Below, piece after piece: positions 9,751 through 19,443 of a stretch of DNA of 64,000 nucleotides. The stretch lies in NCBI GenBank assembly GCA_030754595.1, contig JASLZZ010000079.1:9880-73879 (forward strand), written 5' to 3'. Origin of the DNA: Nitrospinota bacterium. Lineage in GTDB: Bacteria; UBA8248. Under the pieces are notes generated by a model. The model searched no databases. It was not told where the DNA came from and saw only the letters and a program-made list of their open reading frames with translations. Position numbers and translations under genes: made by a program. The number at the start of each line of letters is the position of its first letter. Within the stretch, counting starts at the first letter, position 1.

Positions 9751-11156
9751 CAGCCCCTCAACGCCTCCACCGCGCGCTCCATCGCCATCGAACGCGAGCC
9801 CTTGATCAGCACCCAATCGCCGGGCATCGCCCGCTCCGCCACCCAGGCGGCGGCCTCCTCGGGAGAAGAAAAAACCTCCGCCCGATCAATCGCCATCCCC
9901 GCCCGGTGGGCCTCGTTAGCGGCCAGCCGCATCGCCGGACCGACAGTGGCCAGAAAATCGATATCCGCGCCGGCGGCCGCACGGCCAACCTCCGCGTGAG
10001 CGAACTCCTCGAAAGCTCCCAGCTCTCTCATGTCGCCCAAAACCGCGAAGGCCCGGCCAGCCCCCTTGAGTTCGCACACCGTTTCGATCGCCATTCGGAC
10101 TGAAGTTGGGTTCGCGTTATAGGCGTCGTTCAGAAGGAAAATCCCTCCAGCAAGATCCTCGACGCCTAGCCGCATGGCCGGGGGAGCCGCCTCCTCCAGG
10201 CCGCGGACGATTTCTTCAAGTGGGCTTCCAAGCTCCGATGCCGCGGCCGCGGCCGCCAGTGCGTTCAGGGCGTTGTGGCGTCCAACCACTGGCAGACGGA
10301 CTTCCTCCTCACCGCCACCGATTCGGATTCGAAAAGAGACCTCCCCGCGTTCCGACATCTGAACGTTCGCCGCACAGAGATCGTTTTTCGCCTCGAAACC
10401 AAATGTAAGAACGCGGCCCCCTTGCGCCCTAAACCGGTCGGCCAGAACGGCACACTGAGTATCTTCACCAGGCAGGACGGCCACGCCACCCGTTCCCATT
10501 TCCTCGAGAAGCTCTCCCTTCGCATCGCGGACGGCCTCAATCGAACCGAGCCCCTCGAGATGAACCGGCGCCACCGATGTAATCACGGCGACAGTGGGCG
10601 TCGCGATTTCCGCCAGGCGGCGAATCTCCCCCGGACGGTTCATGCCCATTTCGAAAACCGCCCGTTCATGCTCCGGACCCAGCCCGAGCACCTGGAGCGG
10701 CAAACCGATGAAATTGTTCAGATTCCCCTCCGATTTCAGCGTTTCAGCCCCCTCAGCCAGGATCGCGCCGATCATTTCCTTGGCCGTGGTTTTTCCATTG
10801 CTACCGGTCACCGCTACAACGGGCAGTTCAAACCGCCCCCTGTGGTACCGGGCAAGATCGCCCAACGCCCCGAGGGTGTCCTCCACTTCCACGATAAAGC
10901 CGCCCTCCGGCTCCTCCCGCGAGCGCCCTCGCCCGGCGAGGCACCCCGCGGCCCCGCTCTCGAAAGCGGTCTTGATGAAATCGTGGCCGTCGAAATTCGG
11001 CCCAGAGATCGGAACGAAAAGTTCACCCGTTTGCAGGGAACGCGAGTCCGTGCTCACCCCTGATGCCTTCATTTCGCCCTCGCCCCGCACCAAGCTCCCC
11101 GAAACCGCCTCTTCGACTTCAATTGCGCTAAATCCCGCCGCCATATACGCCAGCAT
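9750..11156 (-). CDS. murF: UDP-MurNAc-tripeptide--D-Ala-D-Ala ligase
   Basis: STDSR, TGSNGKTT, NDAYNANP, GDMRELG and KGSR. Start 11156 or 11144. Confidence 0.96.
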   Translation of the reverse strand: MLAYMAAGFSAIEVEEAVSGSLVRGEGEMKASGVSTDSRSLQTGELFVPISGPNFDGHDFIKTAFESGAAGCLAGRGRSREEPEGGFIVEVEDTLGALGDLARYHRGRFELPVVAVTGSNGKTTAKEMIGAILAEGAETLKSEGNLNNFIGLPLQVLGLGPEHERAVFEMGMNRPGEIRRLAEIATPTVAVITSVAPVHLEGLGSIEAVRDAKGELLEEMGTGGVAVLPGEDTQCAVLADRFRAQGGRVLTFGFEAKNDLCAANVQMSERGEVSFRIRIGGGEEEVRLPVVGRHNALNALAAAAAASELGSPLEEIVRGLEEAAPPAMRLGVEDLAGGIFLLNDAYNANPTSVRMAIETVCELKGAGRAFAVLGDMRELGAFEEFAHAEVGRAAAGADIDFLATVGPAMRLAANEAHRAGMAIDRAEVFSSPEEAAAWVAERAMPGDWVLIKGSRSMAMERAVEALRG

Positions 11157-12664
11157 CACTGCCCATACCCCAAAAGACGCAACGCTCCACGCGCCACTTC
11201 GCAATCGTCAAACGGCAATTGCCGGTCTCCGATTTCCTGATAGGTTTCGTGTCCTTTTCCGGCGATTACCACGGTGTCGTCACAGCGGGCTTCGGCAACG
11301 ATGCTCTGAATCGCCTCGCGCCGATCCACTATGGTGCACGAGCGCTCCCTTCCCCTCTCAACGAGGTCGGCGCCCGCTTCCGTCTCGCGAAGAATGGCCT
11401 CTGGGTCTTCCGTCCGTGGGTTGTCGGAGGTCATGAACACCCGATCGCTCGCCCGGAGCGCCGCCGCCGCCATCAACGGCCGTTTTCTCCGATCACGGTC
11501 GCCGCCACAGCCCATCAACGTTAAAAGGCGGCCTTTCGTCACCGGCCGAGCAACCTCCAGCGCCCGCGCAAGGGCATCCTCGGTGTGGGCATAATCGACG
11601 ACCACGAGAAAAGGTTGCCCCACGTCCACTTTCTCGAAACGGCCCGGCACATTTTCCAGCGTGCGCACCCCCTCGGCGATCTCTCCGGGAGCAAGCCCCA
11701 ACGCCATACAAGCCGCGGAAGCAGCGAGGATGTTGCTCGCATTGTGGTGTCCGATGAGCGAAGATTCGATCTTCTCCCGCCCCCCGGGATAAGTCAGTTC
11801 GAAATCCATCCCCCCGGCGGTGACGGAAAGCCCCTCGGCTCCCACATCCGCCTCGCCGGAGAAGCCGTAGCTTCTGACATCTCCAACAGCCTCGGACGCA
11901 ATTACTTTTCCGAACGGGTCGTCCGTATTCAAAACCGAAACTTCAGGGGCCATTTCCGTGAACAAACGCAACTTGGCCTGAAAATAGCTTTCCATGTCCC
12001 CGTGAAAATCGAGATGATCCTGCGTCAGGTTGGTGAACACCGCGACCTTGAACGAGCATCCCAGAACACGCTTAAGCTCCAGGGCATGGCTCGAAACCTC
12101 CATCACGGCATGCCCTGCCCCCGCCTTGAGCATCTTGGCCAGATAATACTGAAGGTCGGGGGCCTCGGAGGTCGTCCTGGGATTAGCGATAATCTCGCTC
12201 CCCACGCGGTAATGAATAGTCCCCATCAAACCGGTGACACGGCTCGACGCCCGCAAAATGGCGTCAATCAAAAACGCTGTCGTCGTTTTTCCGTTCGTCC
12301 CGGTCACTCCGGCAAGAGCCAAGTCCCCGGAGGGATGCCCATAGAAAGCATCTGCAAGCAGAGCCATCGCTTCCCGGCAGGAGGGAACCAAGAGGAAGGG
12401 AACATCCTTGGGGATATCATCCACCAACCGTTCCAGGACGAGAGCGACGGCGCCCGACGCAACCGCGGTGGCGGCGAAATCATGCCCGTCCGCCTCGAAG
12501 CCCGGCACCGCGACGAAAAGATCTCCCGGGCCGGCGCGGCGGGAGTCGAATGCCACTCCGCTAACCTCCGCGCCCCCATCGCCCTCGATTCGCGCTCCCG
12601 GGATCGCCTGGGCCAACTCAAAGAGGAAAGCTCTTCGGTTTTCTGTCATCACATTCACGCTCAA
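11156..12664 (-). CDS. murE: UDP-MurNAc-dipeptide--meso-DAP ligase
   Basis: TGTNGKTT, MEVSSHAL, VDYAHT, SDNPR (DAP-type) and AGKGHE. Confidence 0.97.
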   Translation of the reverse strand: MSVNVMTENRRAFLFELAQAIPGARIEGDGGAEVSGVAFDSRRAGPGDLFVAVPGFEADGHDFAATAVASGAVALVLERLVDDIPKDVPFLLVPSCREAMALLADAFYGHPSGDLALAGVTGTNGKTTTAFLIDAILRASSRVTGLMGTIHYRVGSEIIANPRTTSEAPDLQYYLAKMLKAGAGHAVMEVSSHALELKRVLGCSFKVAVFTNLTQDHLDFHGDMESYFQAKLRLFTEMAPEVSVLNTDDPFGKVIASEAVGDVRSYGFSGEADVGAEGLSVTAGGMDFELTYPGGREKIESSLIGHHNASNILAASAACMALGLAPGEIAEGVRTLENVPGRFEKVDVGQPFLVVVDYAHTEDALARALEVARPVTKGRLLTLMGCGGDRDRRKRPLMAAAALRASDRVFMTSDNPRTEDPEAILRETEAGADLVERGRERSCTIVDRREAIQSIVAEARCDDTVVIAGKGHETYQEIGDRQLPFDDCEVARGALRLLGYGQ

Positions 12665-14508
12665 CGCACCCGCTCCGGTTGCCTCGGATAAACCGGTCGG
12701 TCGTGAAGCACATCCCGGACCCTCTCCACCATGCGAAATGCTCTTTCACCAAACGAGACCTTCTCGGCCCGCGCCTGGCGGCCCGAGGGCAATATTTCGT
12801 CACGCAGGGTTACGACCCGGGCGCCCTCGGGCGGCACCCTGAGATAGCGCATTGTCTGCCACGCGATTCGCTTCCAAGCCGGCGCGGCGATAGTCGATCC
12901 CCATGCCGCACCCCTGATCTTTCCTTCATCAAAGACGACGAGGAGAGCGATACGGGGGTCTTTATAAGGAATGAAACCTGCGAAAGATGTGATGAATTTT
13001 GTCTTGCTGTAGCCCCTGATGCCCGGTTCCGCCTTTTGCGCGGTTCCCGTTTTTCCGGCAGCGCCGTAGCCGGGAACCTCCGCGGACACTCCCGTCCCGT
13101 GAGTGACCACCTTTCTGAGAATCCCGCCGAGCTTTTTCGCATGGGAGGCGGAAATTACCCGCTTTGGCCGCGAGGCCCCGATCCGCCTCCGGAAAAAACC
13201 GATTTTTTCAACGGCCTCGACAATCCGGGGCCGATTCATGAGACCGCCATTCGCCACCGCCGCCACGGCCATCACCATTTGAAGCGGCGTCACGCCGACT
13301 TCCTGCCCGATGGAGATCGAGGCGAGCGATGTGCTCGACCAACGTTTCACCGGCCGGAGTATCCCTTTTGACTCTCCTGGAAAATCAATCCCGCTCTTTG
13401 AACCGAAGCCGAACCGGCGGGCCATCCGGTGGATCCGCGACGCTCCCACGTCCATGGCCATCTTGTAGGTGCCGATGTTCGAGGAGTTCACGATCACTCC
13501 CTCGGCCGTCAACCATCCGTATTTTTTGTGATCCCGGAGGACAAGGTGACTTCTCCCGATCGGAAATCTACCGTTCTCCGCAAAATAGCTCCTGCTCAGT
13601 TTTCCGCCCGAATCCAAGTAGGCGGCCGCCGTAATAATCTTGAATGTCGAACCCGGCTCGTAGATGTTTTGGACGGCATCTTGCTTCCAGCGCTCGGGTT
13701 TGTAGCTACCGTAGGTATTGGGGTTGTAGCCCGGAACGGTGGCCATCGAAAGAATTCGGCCGGTGGCCGGTTCCACCATCACGCCGATAGCCCGCCGCGC
13801 GCCCGAGCGTTCGAGTTGGAGCGTCAACTCTTTTTCGACGATGTACTGGATTACTTCGTCCACCGTCAGACGAATGTCCGCGCCGGGATCGGATTGGGCG
13901 ACAACGGTGGCCTCGGGATGGATCGAGCGTCCTCTTGCGTCCCTCTCGATTCGGATCCGGCCGGGCCTCCCCTTCATATCCGCGTCGCGGGCCAACTCGA
14001 CCCCGGCCAGCCCGTTTTCGTCAACACCAACGAACCCGAGCAGGGAGGAAGCCATTTCTCTTTTCGGATAAAACCGGCGGCTTTCGGTGACGAATCCCAG
14101 CCCCGGCTCCTTGAGAGCGGCCACCTGGTCCTTTTGTTCGGGGGTCAGTTTCCGCTTCAACCAGACATAACTGCCGCGCCGCCTCAACTTTTTATTGAGT
14201 TTCGCCGGAGGAAGGCCCAGGATTTTAGACAGCCTCCGGGACACCATCACGGGATTTTTCACCTCCCTTGGATTCGCATAGAGAGAAAACGCATCCATGC
14301 TTACCGCAAGGGGGCGTCCCCTATCGTCGAGGATATCCCCGCGCTTGGCGCGGACCCGGAGTGTGCGGCGAAGCTGCCGATCGGCATAGGCGGCGAGGCG
14401 ACCCCGGTCCCGAATTTGAATAACGAGAAGCTTAACGACAAGCGCACCGAATCCGAGGCCGACGAGGACACCGCATGCAATCAGGCGTACGGAGAAACCC
14501 TTCTTCAT
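12661..14508 (-). CDS. ftsI: Class B penicillin-binding protein FtsI/PBP3
   Basis: N-terminal TM, RGDILD, EPGSTFK (SxxK), SSN and KTGTAQK. Confidence 0.96.
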   Translation of the reverse strand: MKKGFSVRLIACGVLVGLGFGALVVKLLVIQIRDRGRLAAYADRQLRRTLRVRAKRGDILDDRGRPLAVSMDAFSLYANPREVKNPVMVSRRLSKILGLPPAKLNKKLRRRGSYVWLKRKLTPEQKDQVAALKEPGLGFVTESRRFYPKREMASSLLGFVGVDENGLAGVELARDADMKGRPGRIRIERDARGRSIHPEATVVAQSDPGADIRLTVDEVIQYIVEKELTLQLERSGARRAIGVMVEPATGRILSMATVPGYNPNTYGSYKPERWKQDAVQNIYEPGSTFKIITAAAYLDSGGKLSRSYFAENGRFPIGRSHLVLRDHKKYGWLTAEGVIVNSSNIGTYKMAMDVGASRIHRMARRFGFGSKSGIDFPGESKGILRPVKRWSSTSLASISIGQEVGVTPLQMVMAVAAVANGGLMNRPRIVEAVEKIGFFRRRIGASRPKRVISASHAKKLGGILRKVVTHGTGVSAEVPGYGAAGKTGTAQKAEPGIRGYSKTKFITSFAGFIPYKDPRIALLVVFDEGKIRGAAWGSTIAAPAWKRIAWQTMRYLRVPPEGARVVTLRDEILPSGRQARAEKVSFGERAFRMVERVRDVLHDRPVYPRQPERVR

Positions 14509-14561
14509 GGCCCGCTTCCTGGTCCGGGCGGAGGTGGATCACAATAAAAATATAAAAAGTA

Positions 14562-14900
14562 TTAAGGATGCCGGGTCGGGACCATCACATACACCACCTG
14601 GTCCTTATCCGGGAAAACCATCCCCAGCTTGTTCCGGGCAATTGCCTCGATGCGATCAAGCTGGCGAAGTGCCGCCGCCTCGACTCTGAGAACCCTGCGT
14701 TCCTGAGACAAGGCGTTGCGCTCTGCCGTTAAGCGAGCGGCTTCGTATCCAATTCTCACCATCTCCAGATGCGGCCACGCCAAGGCCAAGGCGCTGACCG
14801 CCAAGGCGCCGATGCAAAAAGCGGCCCTGGAAACGGGTATTTCAAACTTCCACCGCAGCCTCGAGCGAACGCGGCCTTTCGGCCCAAACCCGCTCGCCAT
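14562..14900 (-). CDS. ftsL: Cell division protein FtsL
   Basis: Single TM, coiled coil, C-terminal RIEAIARNKLGM..P; lies between rsmH and ftsI. Confidence 0.9.
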   Translation of the reverse strand: MASGFGPKGRVRSRLRWKFEIPVSRAAFCIGALAVSALALAWPHLEMVRIGYEAARLTAERNALSQERRVLRVEAAALRQLDRIEAIARNKLGMVFPDKDQVVYVMVPTRHP

Positions 14901-15824
14901 TTAGGCGCTTTCGAGTTTCTCCGCCGCCCTGAGCCTGGCGCTCCGGGATCGGGGGTTCGAGGCGACCTCGTCTCTTCCGGGACGAATGACTTTTCTGGTC
15001 AAAATATCGATAGACGCGGGCCTATCACCGTCTCTGGCGATCTCTCGAAAAACATTTTTCACAATCCGATCCTCGAGCGAATGAAAACTAATGACGGCGA
15101 TTCGGCCACCGGGGCGGAGGAGGTCCACCGCATTGCGCAGCGCGCCTTCGAGCGTTTCCATCTCGCGGTTGAGTGCAATGCGAAGCGCCTGGAAGGTGCG
15201 CGTCGCCGGATGGATACGCCACCTCCCGCGCTTTCCGCCGCCGCTCCCTGCGACGACGGAAACTACCACAGCGGCAAGCTCATCGCAGCGCTCCAGTGGC
15301 TTGCGCGCGCGGGCCCGCCCGATCGCCCGCGCGATAGCGCGAGATTTGCGCTCTTCACCAAATTCATAAATGAGGTTGGCAAGTTCTTTTTCGGGAAGTC
15401 CGTTCACCAAATCGGCCGCCGTCGGGCCGCCGGTTTGATCCATTCTCATGTCGAGGCTGTCGGCCGAGTCGATCCTAAACCCCCGGCCCGGAGTGTCGAG
15501 CTGGATCGAGGACAGGCCCAGGTCAAACAAGACAGCGTCCACCGCCTCGTACCCTTCCTCGGCGACAATTCGCTTGATTTCGGAATGGTGGGCATGGTGG
15601 AGTCTGGCGCTGGGGCCGAAGGAGGCCAAGCGCCGCCTCGCCTCATTTACCGCGTCTACGTCCCGGTCACAGCCGATCAGCACACCCGATGGCTGAGTCG
15701 CCTCCAGAACCGCAAAACTGTGCCCTCCTCCGCCCAAGGTAGTATCCAAGGACACAGCTCCTGGAGCTGGTGACAGGAAGTCAAGGACTTCCCGAACCAT
15801 GACCGGAACGTGAGACGCGGTCAT
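14901..15824 (-). CDS. rsmH: 16S rRNA m4C1402 methyltransferase
   Basis: HVPVM, DTTLGGGGHS, DLGLSS, LDMRMD, TRTFQALRI and ISFHSLEDR. Start uncertain. Confidence 0.97.
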   Translation of the reverse strand: MTASHVPVMVREVLDFLSPAPGAVSLDTTLGGGGHSFAVLEATQPSGVLIGCDRDVDAVNEARRRLASFGPSARLHHAHHSEIKRIVAEEGYEAVDAVLFDLGLSSIQLDTPGRGFRIDSADSLDMRMDQTGGPTAADLVNGLPEKELANLIYEFGEERKSRAIARAIGRARARKPLERCDELAAVVVSVVAGSGGGKRGRWRIHPATRTFQALRIALNREMETLEGALRNAVDLLRPGGRIAVISFHSLEDRIVKNVFREIARDGDRPASIDILTRKVIRPGRDEVASNPRSRSARLRAAEKLESA

Positions 15825-15948
15825 TTTCTTCTCAAAGAAGGAGGGCCGCCCGAGCAGGCGGTCTCCCTCCGAATATTGGACTTTCAAGGTGGTCGTCACA
15901 AAAGCCCCCCCTTTTGAAGCTTTGCGCCGAAATGCCTTGGACCGGGAT

Positions 15949-16398
15949 TTAAAACTCCAGCTCTATCGGGCCCTCGCCCTCGCCGGTGGTTTCAAGCTCC
16001 GGAGGCTCCTCCCGCATCATCTGCTCCCAGCGCTCCCGGCCCCAAATCTCGAACTTGCTCTCAAGGCCGACGATGATGGCCTCTTTTTCGATTCCCGCCG
16101 CTTCCCTCAAGCGGGCGGGCATCAAGATTCTCCCCTGCTTGTCGATTTCGACGGGAACCGCCTTCCCGTACATCTGCCTCACGTAGCGGCGGACACTCTC
16201 CCGGTGTGTGGGCAAATCGCGAAACCGCTCGCTAAATCTTCTCTGCCACTCCTCCTGGGGATAGGCGAAGATGCACCCGTCCATATCCAAAAGAATGAGC
16301 CGATCCCCAAACTTGGCATTCAGAAATTCCCTGAACCGGGCGGGGATACTGACGCGTCCCTTCGCGTCTATTGAAACTACATGGGAGCTAATTAGCAT
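15949..16398 (-). CDS. mraZ: Division/cell-wall transcriptional regulator MraZ
   Basis: Two DxKGR-type repeats (IDAKGRVSIP, IDKQGRILMP) and FEIW; first gene of the dcw cluster. Confidence 0.97.
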   Translation of the reverse strand: MLISSHVVSIDAKGRVSIPARFREFLNAKFGDRLILLDMDGCIFAYPQEEWQRRFSERFRDLPTHRESVRRYVRQMYGKAVPVEIDKQGRILMPARLREAAGIEKEAIIVGLESKFEIWGRERWEQMMREEPPELETTGEGEGPIELEF

Positions 16399-16409
16399 CG
16401 CTTTGCTTC

Positions 16410-16434
16410 CCCACCATCTCCCACTTTTTCCCAC
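16410..16434 (-). promoter_or_regulatory. MraZ-binding direct repeats (3 x GTGGG, 10-bp period)
   Basis: CCCAC on + at 16410, 16420 and 16430, immediately upstream of mraZ. Matches the known TGGGN 10-bp-period MraZ operator. Confidence 0.85.
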
Positions 16435-16445
16435 CAATGAGTTCA

Positions 16446-16474
16446 CATATAAACCCTTGACAAGGGAGTGTCAA
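16446..16474 (-). promoter_or_regulatory. Putative dcw promoter
   Basis: Perfect TTGACA at 16474-16469, 17 bp, then TATATG (imperfect -10); just upstream of the MraZ repeats. Confidence 0.6.
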
Positions 16475-16763
16475 CATGAAATTTACGGAATTCAAGGAAA
16501 ATCAAAGATTTTCAAGAATTATTTAGGGGTGGAACAGATTGTATCGGGGAGGTCACATATAACGAATAAAAAGCGATTACTACAAGCTATATCGTTAAAA
16601 TTCCAAAAAACGATGAAAAAACACCATATATTGTATAGGTGGTAAAAAGTGGGGAATTACTTTCACTAGAAGGTGAGGAAAAATTATTGGAAAAAAAATT
16701 TAAAATTCAAGCCGCTTGGCGATGATCTCTCATTTTGGCCCTCCATCGAGCGCGGTTATAGAG

Positions 16764-17504
16764 TTAGCCCCACCAAGCCGAAGCAATCAGCAGCGCCACC
16801 ACTTCAACAATTTCTCCGGCCGCCGCGTGGACATCCCCGCGACATTCCCGGCCCTCGGTGGCACGCCTCAGCCCTATCACAACTACTCCCGCCCCTAGCG
16901 CGACCACGGCCCCCCCGATGAACCCGAATACCAGGCACACCGCAAAAGACCAGACTAAGGCTGCATGCGCCTCGTTAGCCGTGGCCTCGGCCGTGAGTTC
17001 CGCGGCTCCTTCCGGCGGTTCGCCCGTCCCGGGAATCTGGACCAGCAAATAAGCCATCGCCGCCCGGCCGAGGGTGGGGGCGAGAATCAGGGCGGACCAT
17101 CTACCCCTGGCAGGCAGGGAAAGAAGGACGGAGAATTTGAGGAGGAGGATTCCCATAATGGCGGCCCCGCCCGGGGTAGTAGCCGGGGAGTCCCCACCGC
17201 CGTACAGGCCATCGGTGAGCGCACCTAACGCCCGGATCTGAACTCTTCCCGAAAGAAAAATCAAACCGGCGACGAGAATAGCGTCCCGGACGGCCAAATG
17301 AAAAATAACGCTCAATGCCCAATCGCCCGCAACCAGAACGAGGCCCATCATCAAGCCCACGAGAGGGAACCGCCTGAGCGCCGAGCGCGCCTCGCCGGGG
17401 CCATACTCCTCCGGCGGAGAGGGCCAGGGAATGATTGTGAGAAATCGGTTGGCCAGGGCAAAGGCCTTCACGGTGAGAACTCCCATGAAGTCGAACGGGC
17501 GCAC
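16764..17504 (-). CDS. cobS: CobS (cobalamin synthase)-family membrane protein, degenerate
   Basis: RFLTIIP, FPLVGL, TDGLYGG and GDV motifs with multi-TM layout; the central HxDGxxD motif is not conserved. Confidence 0.72.
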   Translation of the reverse strand: MRPFDFMGVLTVKAFALANRFLTIIPWPSPPEEYGPGEARSALRRFPLVGLMMGLVLVAGDWALSVIFHLAVRDAILVAGLIFLSGRVQIRALGALTDGLYGGGDSPATTPGGAAIMGILLLKFSVLLSLPARGRWSALILAPTLGRAAMAYLLVQIPGTGEPPEGAAELTAEATANEAHAALVWSFAVCLVFGFIGGAVVALGAGVVVIGLRRATEGRECRGDVHAAAGEIVEVVALLIASAWWG

Positions 17505-17587
17505 AATTCCGGGCGAGGGCGCTGAGCGGGCTCCCTCCGAGGGGGGCTGTCAGGCCGATCTTACCAAATCCCTTCGGCGAGCGGGGG

Positions 17588-18400
17588 CTAGAAGGAGTGT
17601 TCCTCGTCAGGGAATATGCCGTCCCGGACTTCCTGGCAGAAACGCTCCATCGCCTCTAACGCGTTCTCCCCGAGATCGGAGTAGATTTTGACGAACTTGG
17701 GCGTGAAATCCCGAAAAAGGTTCAACATGTCCTGGGTGACAAGCACCTGTCCGTCACAGTCGGGCCCTGCGCCGATGCCGATGGTGGGGATATCGATCTC
17801 CCGGGTAATCCGCTCTCCCAGTTCGGAGGGAATGCCCTCGAGCACCAGGCTGAACCCACCTCCCTCCTGGACAGCCACCGCGTCACGAAGCACCTGTTCC
17901 GCCTCGGCCTCTTTTTTACCCTGGACCCTGAAACCTCCGAATTGGTGAACGCTCTGGGGAGTGAGCCCTACATGGCCCATGACCGGAATCTGGCACTCGA
18001 CCAGCGCCCGGATATCGTCCCTCACCCGGACCCCGCCCTCGAGCTTCACAGCCTCGGCCCCACCCTCGCGGATGAGCCGGCCTGCGTTGAGAATCGTTTC
18101 GCTGCGGGTTACCCCAAAGGAGAGAAATGGCATGTCCGACACCAGCAGGGCATTGGGCTTGGCCCGGCTCACCGCCTTGGTGTGGTGGACCATGTCGTCC
18201 ATGGTGACATGAGTTGTGTCCGGATAACCCAGAATCACCATACCCAGGCTGTCTCCAACCAGGATGACATCCACCCCGGCCCCGTCGACGAGCTTCGCGG
18301 TCGGATAATCGTAAGCCGTCAAGGAGGTGATTTTGGTTTTGCCCTTGCGGGCGCGGATGGTTTTGGTGGTGATCTTACGGCGTGTGGAGACGGTGCTCAT
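17588..18400 (-). CDS. panB: 3-methyl-2-oxobutanoate hydroxymethyltransferase
   Basis: LTAYDY, LVGDSLGM, VKLEGG, GHVGLTPQS and IGIGAG. Confidence 0.98.
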   Translation of the reverse strand: MSTVSTRRKITTKTIRARKGKTKITSLTAYDYPTAKLVDGAGVDVILVGDSLGMVILGYPDTTHVTMDDMVHHTKAVSRAKPNALLVSDMPFLSFGVTRSETILNAGRLIREGGAEAVKLEGGVRVRDDIRALVECQIPVMGHVGLTPQSVHQFGGFRVQGKKEAEAEQVLRDAVAVQEGGGFSLVLEGIPSELGERITREIDIPTIGIGAGPDCDGQVLVTQDMLNLFRDFTPKFVKIYSDLGENALEAMERFCQEVRDGIFPDEEHSF

Positions 18401-18503
18401 GGTCGCTCCCTCCTTGAAGGTGAACGCCTAGGTATTTGAATTTGCGGGCCGAACAACAACTCCCCCCGTCCGAGGCCCCGCGGGCTCCCGGCGGCGAGTA
18501 ATA

Positions 18504-18532
18504 AGGTTAGATTTCAGAGGCCATCCTGTCAA
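18504..18532 (-). promoter_or_regulatory. Putative sigma70 promoter of panB
   Basis: TTGACA-N17-TAACCT, about 100 nt upstream of the panB start. Confidence 0.6.
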
Positions 18533-18572
18533 CAAAGGCTGGAGGGCCTTTCAACAAAACCCGAGGTGTATT

Positions 18573-19442
18573 TCATACCCCTACCCCCCCCAGGCCCCGC
18601 CAGATGAGAAGCCCGCCGACGACGATGAATATCAGCGACAAAAACGCCTTCATCTTTTCGCCATCCATCCGGCTGTTGATGTAGGGGGAAATCTGCCCGC
18701 CGCAAGCCACCGCGGGAATCGTCATGAAAAGGATGTTCCAGTGCACGTTCAGCTCCCCCGACGAGAAAACATAGGCATGCACCAGGGTGGCCATGAACGC
18801 GGTGAAAAAAACGATCATGATCCCGGTGCCCACGGCCACACGGACGGGAAGTTTGTTACGGAGTATGAGCGTCGTCGTCGTCAGCTCCCCGATTCCAATT
18901 CCCGTCAGGCCAACGAGGATGCCTCCGAGGCTCGACCATGACACGCCGATGAGACCGTGCTCGTAGGTGTACAAATAGCTCCGGCCCAACGAATCTATCC
19001 GGGTCGGCGGGCCCTCGCCCTCCACCGCCGCCTCATGAAACCCTCCCGCGAGATAGGAATAGAGCATTAGCGCCGAGAGGATGATCATCAGGCCGCCGAG
19101 AAATCCGAGAATCAGGTGAGAGGGAACCCGGTGCGCCAGGAGACCAAACCCCATTCCCACTGGGACCGAAACCGGAAGAACCTTCCCGACGATAGAGAGG
19201 TCCACCAGCCGTCGCCTGAGGTAGCCGATCATCGCGCTACCGAAGCCAAACAACTCGATGGACAAGGCCAGGAAAATAGCCTCTATCGGGACAATCTGAA
19301 CACCCGCGACAAGCGGAAAAACCAGAATGAAGATCGGGGTGAAAAAAACCGCCCCCTCGACGCTCGAACTGGTTGCTATCAGGCAGATGCAAAACGCGAC
19401 CGGGAGCATCCACCAAAACTCGAAAATATATTCGAACACCAA
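18573..19442 (-). CDS. Sulfite exporter TauE/SafE (TSUP) family membrane protein
   Basis: About 8 TM segments with an internal repeat (VEGAVFFTP / GLTGIGIGE) and P.RVAVGT. Confidence 0.8.
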   Translation of the reverse strand: MVFEYIFEFWWMLPVAFCICLIATSSSVEGAVFFTPIFILVFPLVAGVQIVPIEAIFLALSIELFGFGSAMIGYLRRRLVDLSIVGKVLPVSVPVGMGFGLLAHRVPSHLILGFLGGLMIILSALMLYSYLAGGFHEAAVEGEGPPTRIDSLGRSYLYTYEHGLIGVSWSSLGGILVGLTGIGIGELTTTTLILRNKLPVRVAVGTGIMIVFFTAFMATLVHAYVFSSGELNVHWNILFMTIPAVACGGQISPYINSRMDGEKMKAFLSLIFIVVGGLLIWRGLGGVGV

Positions 19443-19443
19443 A

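Noticed and set aside
18401..18500. pan-motif or other riboswitch before panB
   Set aside because: GC-rich pairing is possible, but I recognised no conserved motif; an Rfam scan would be needed.
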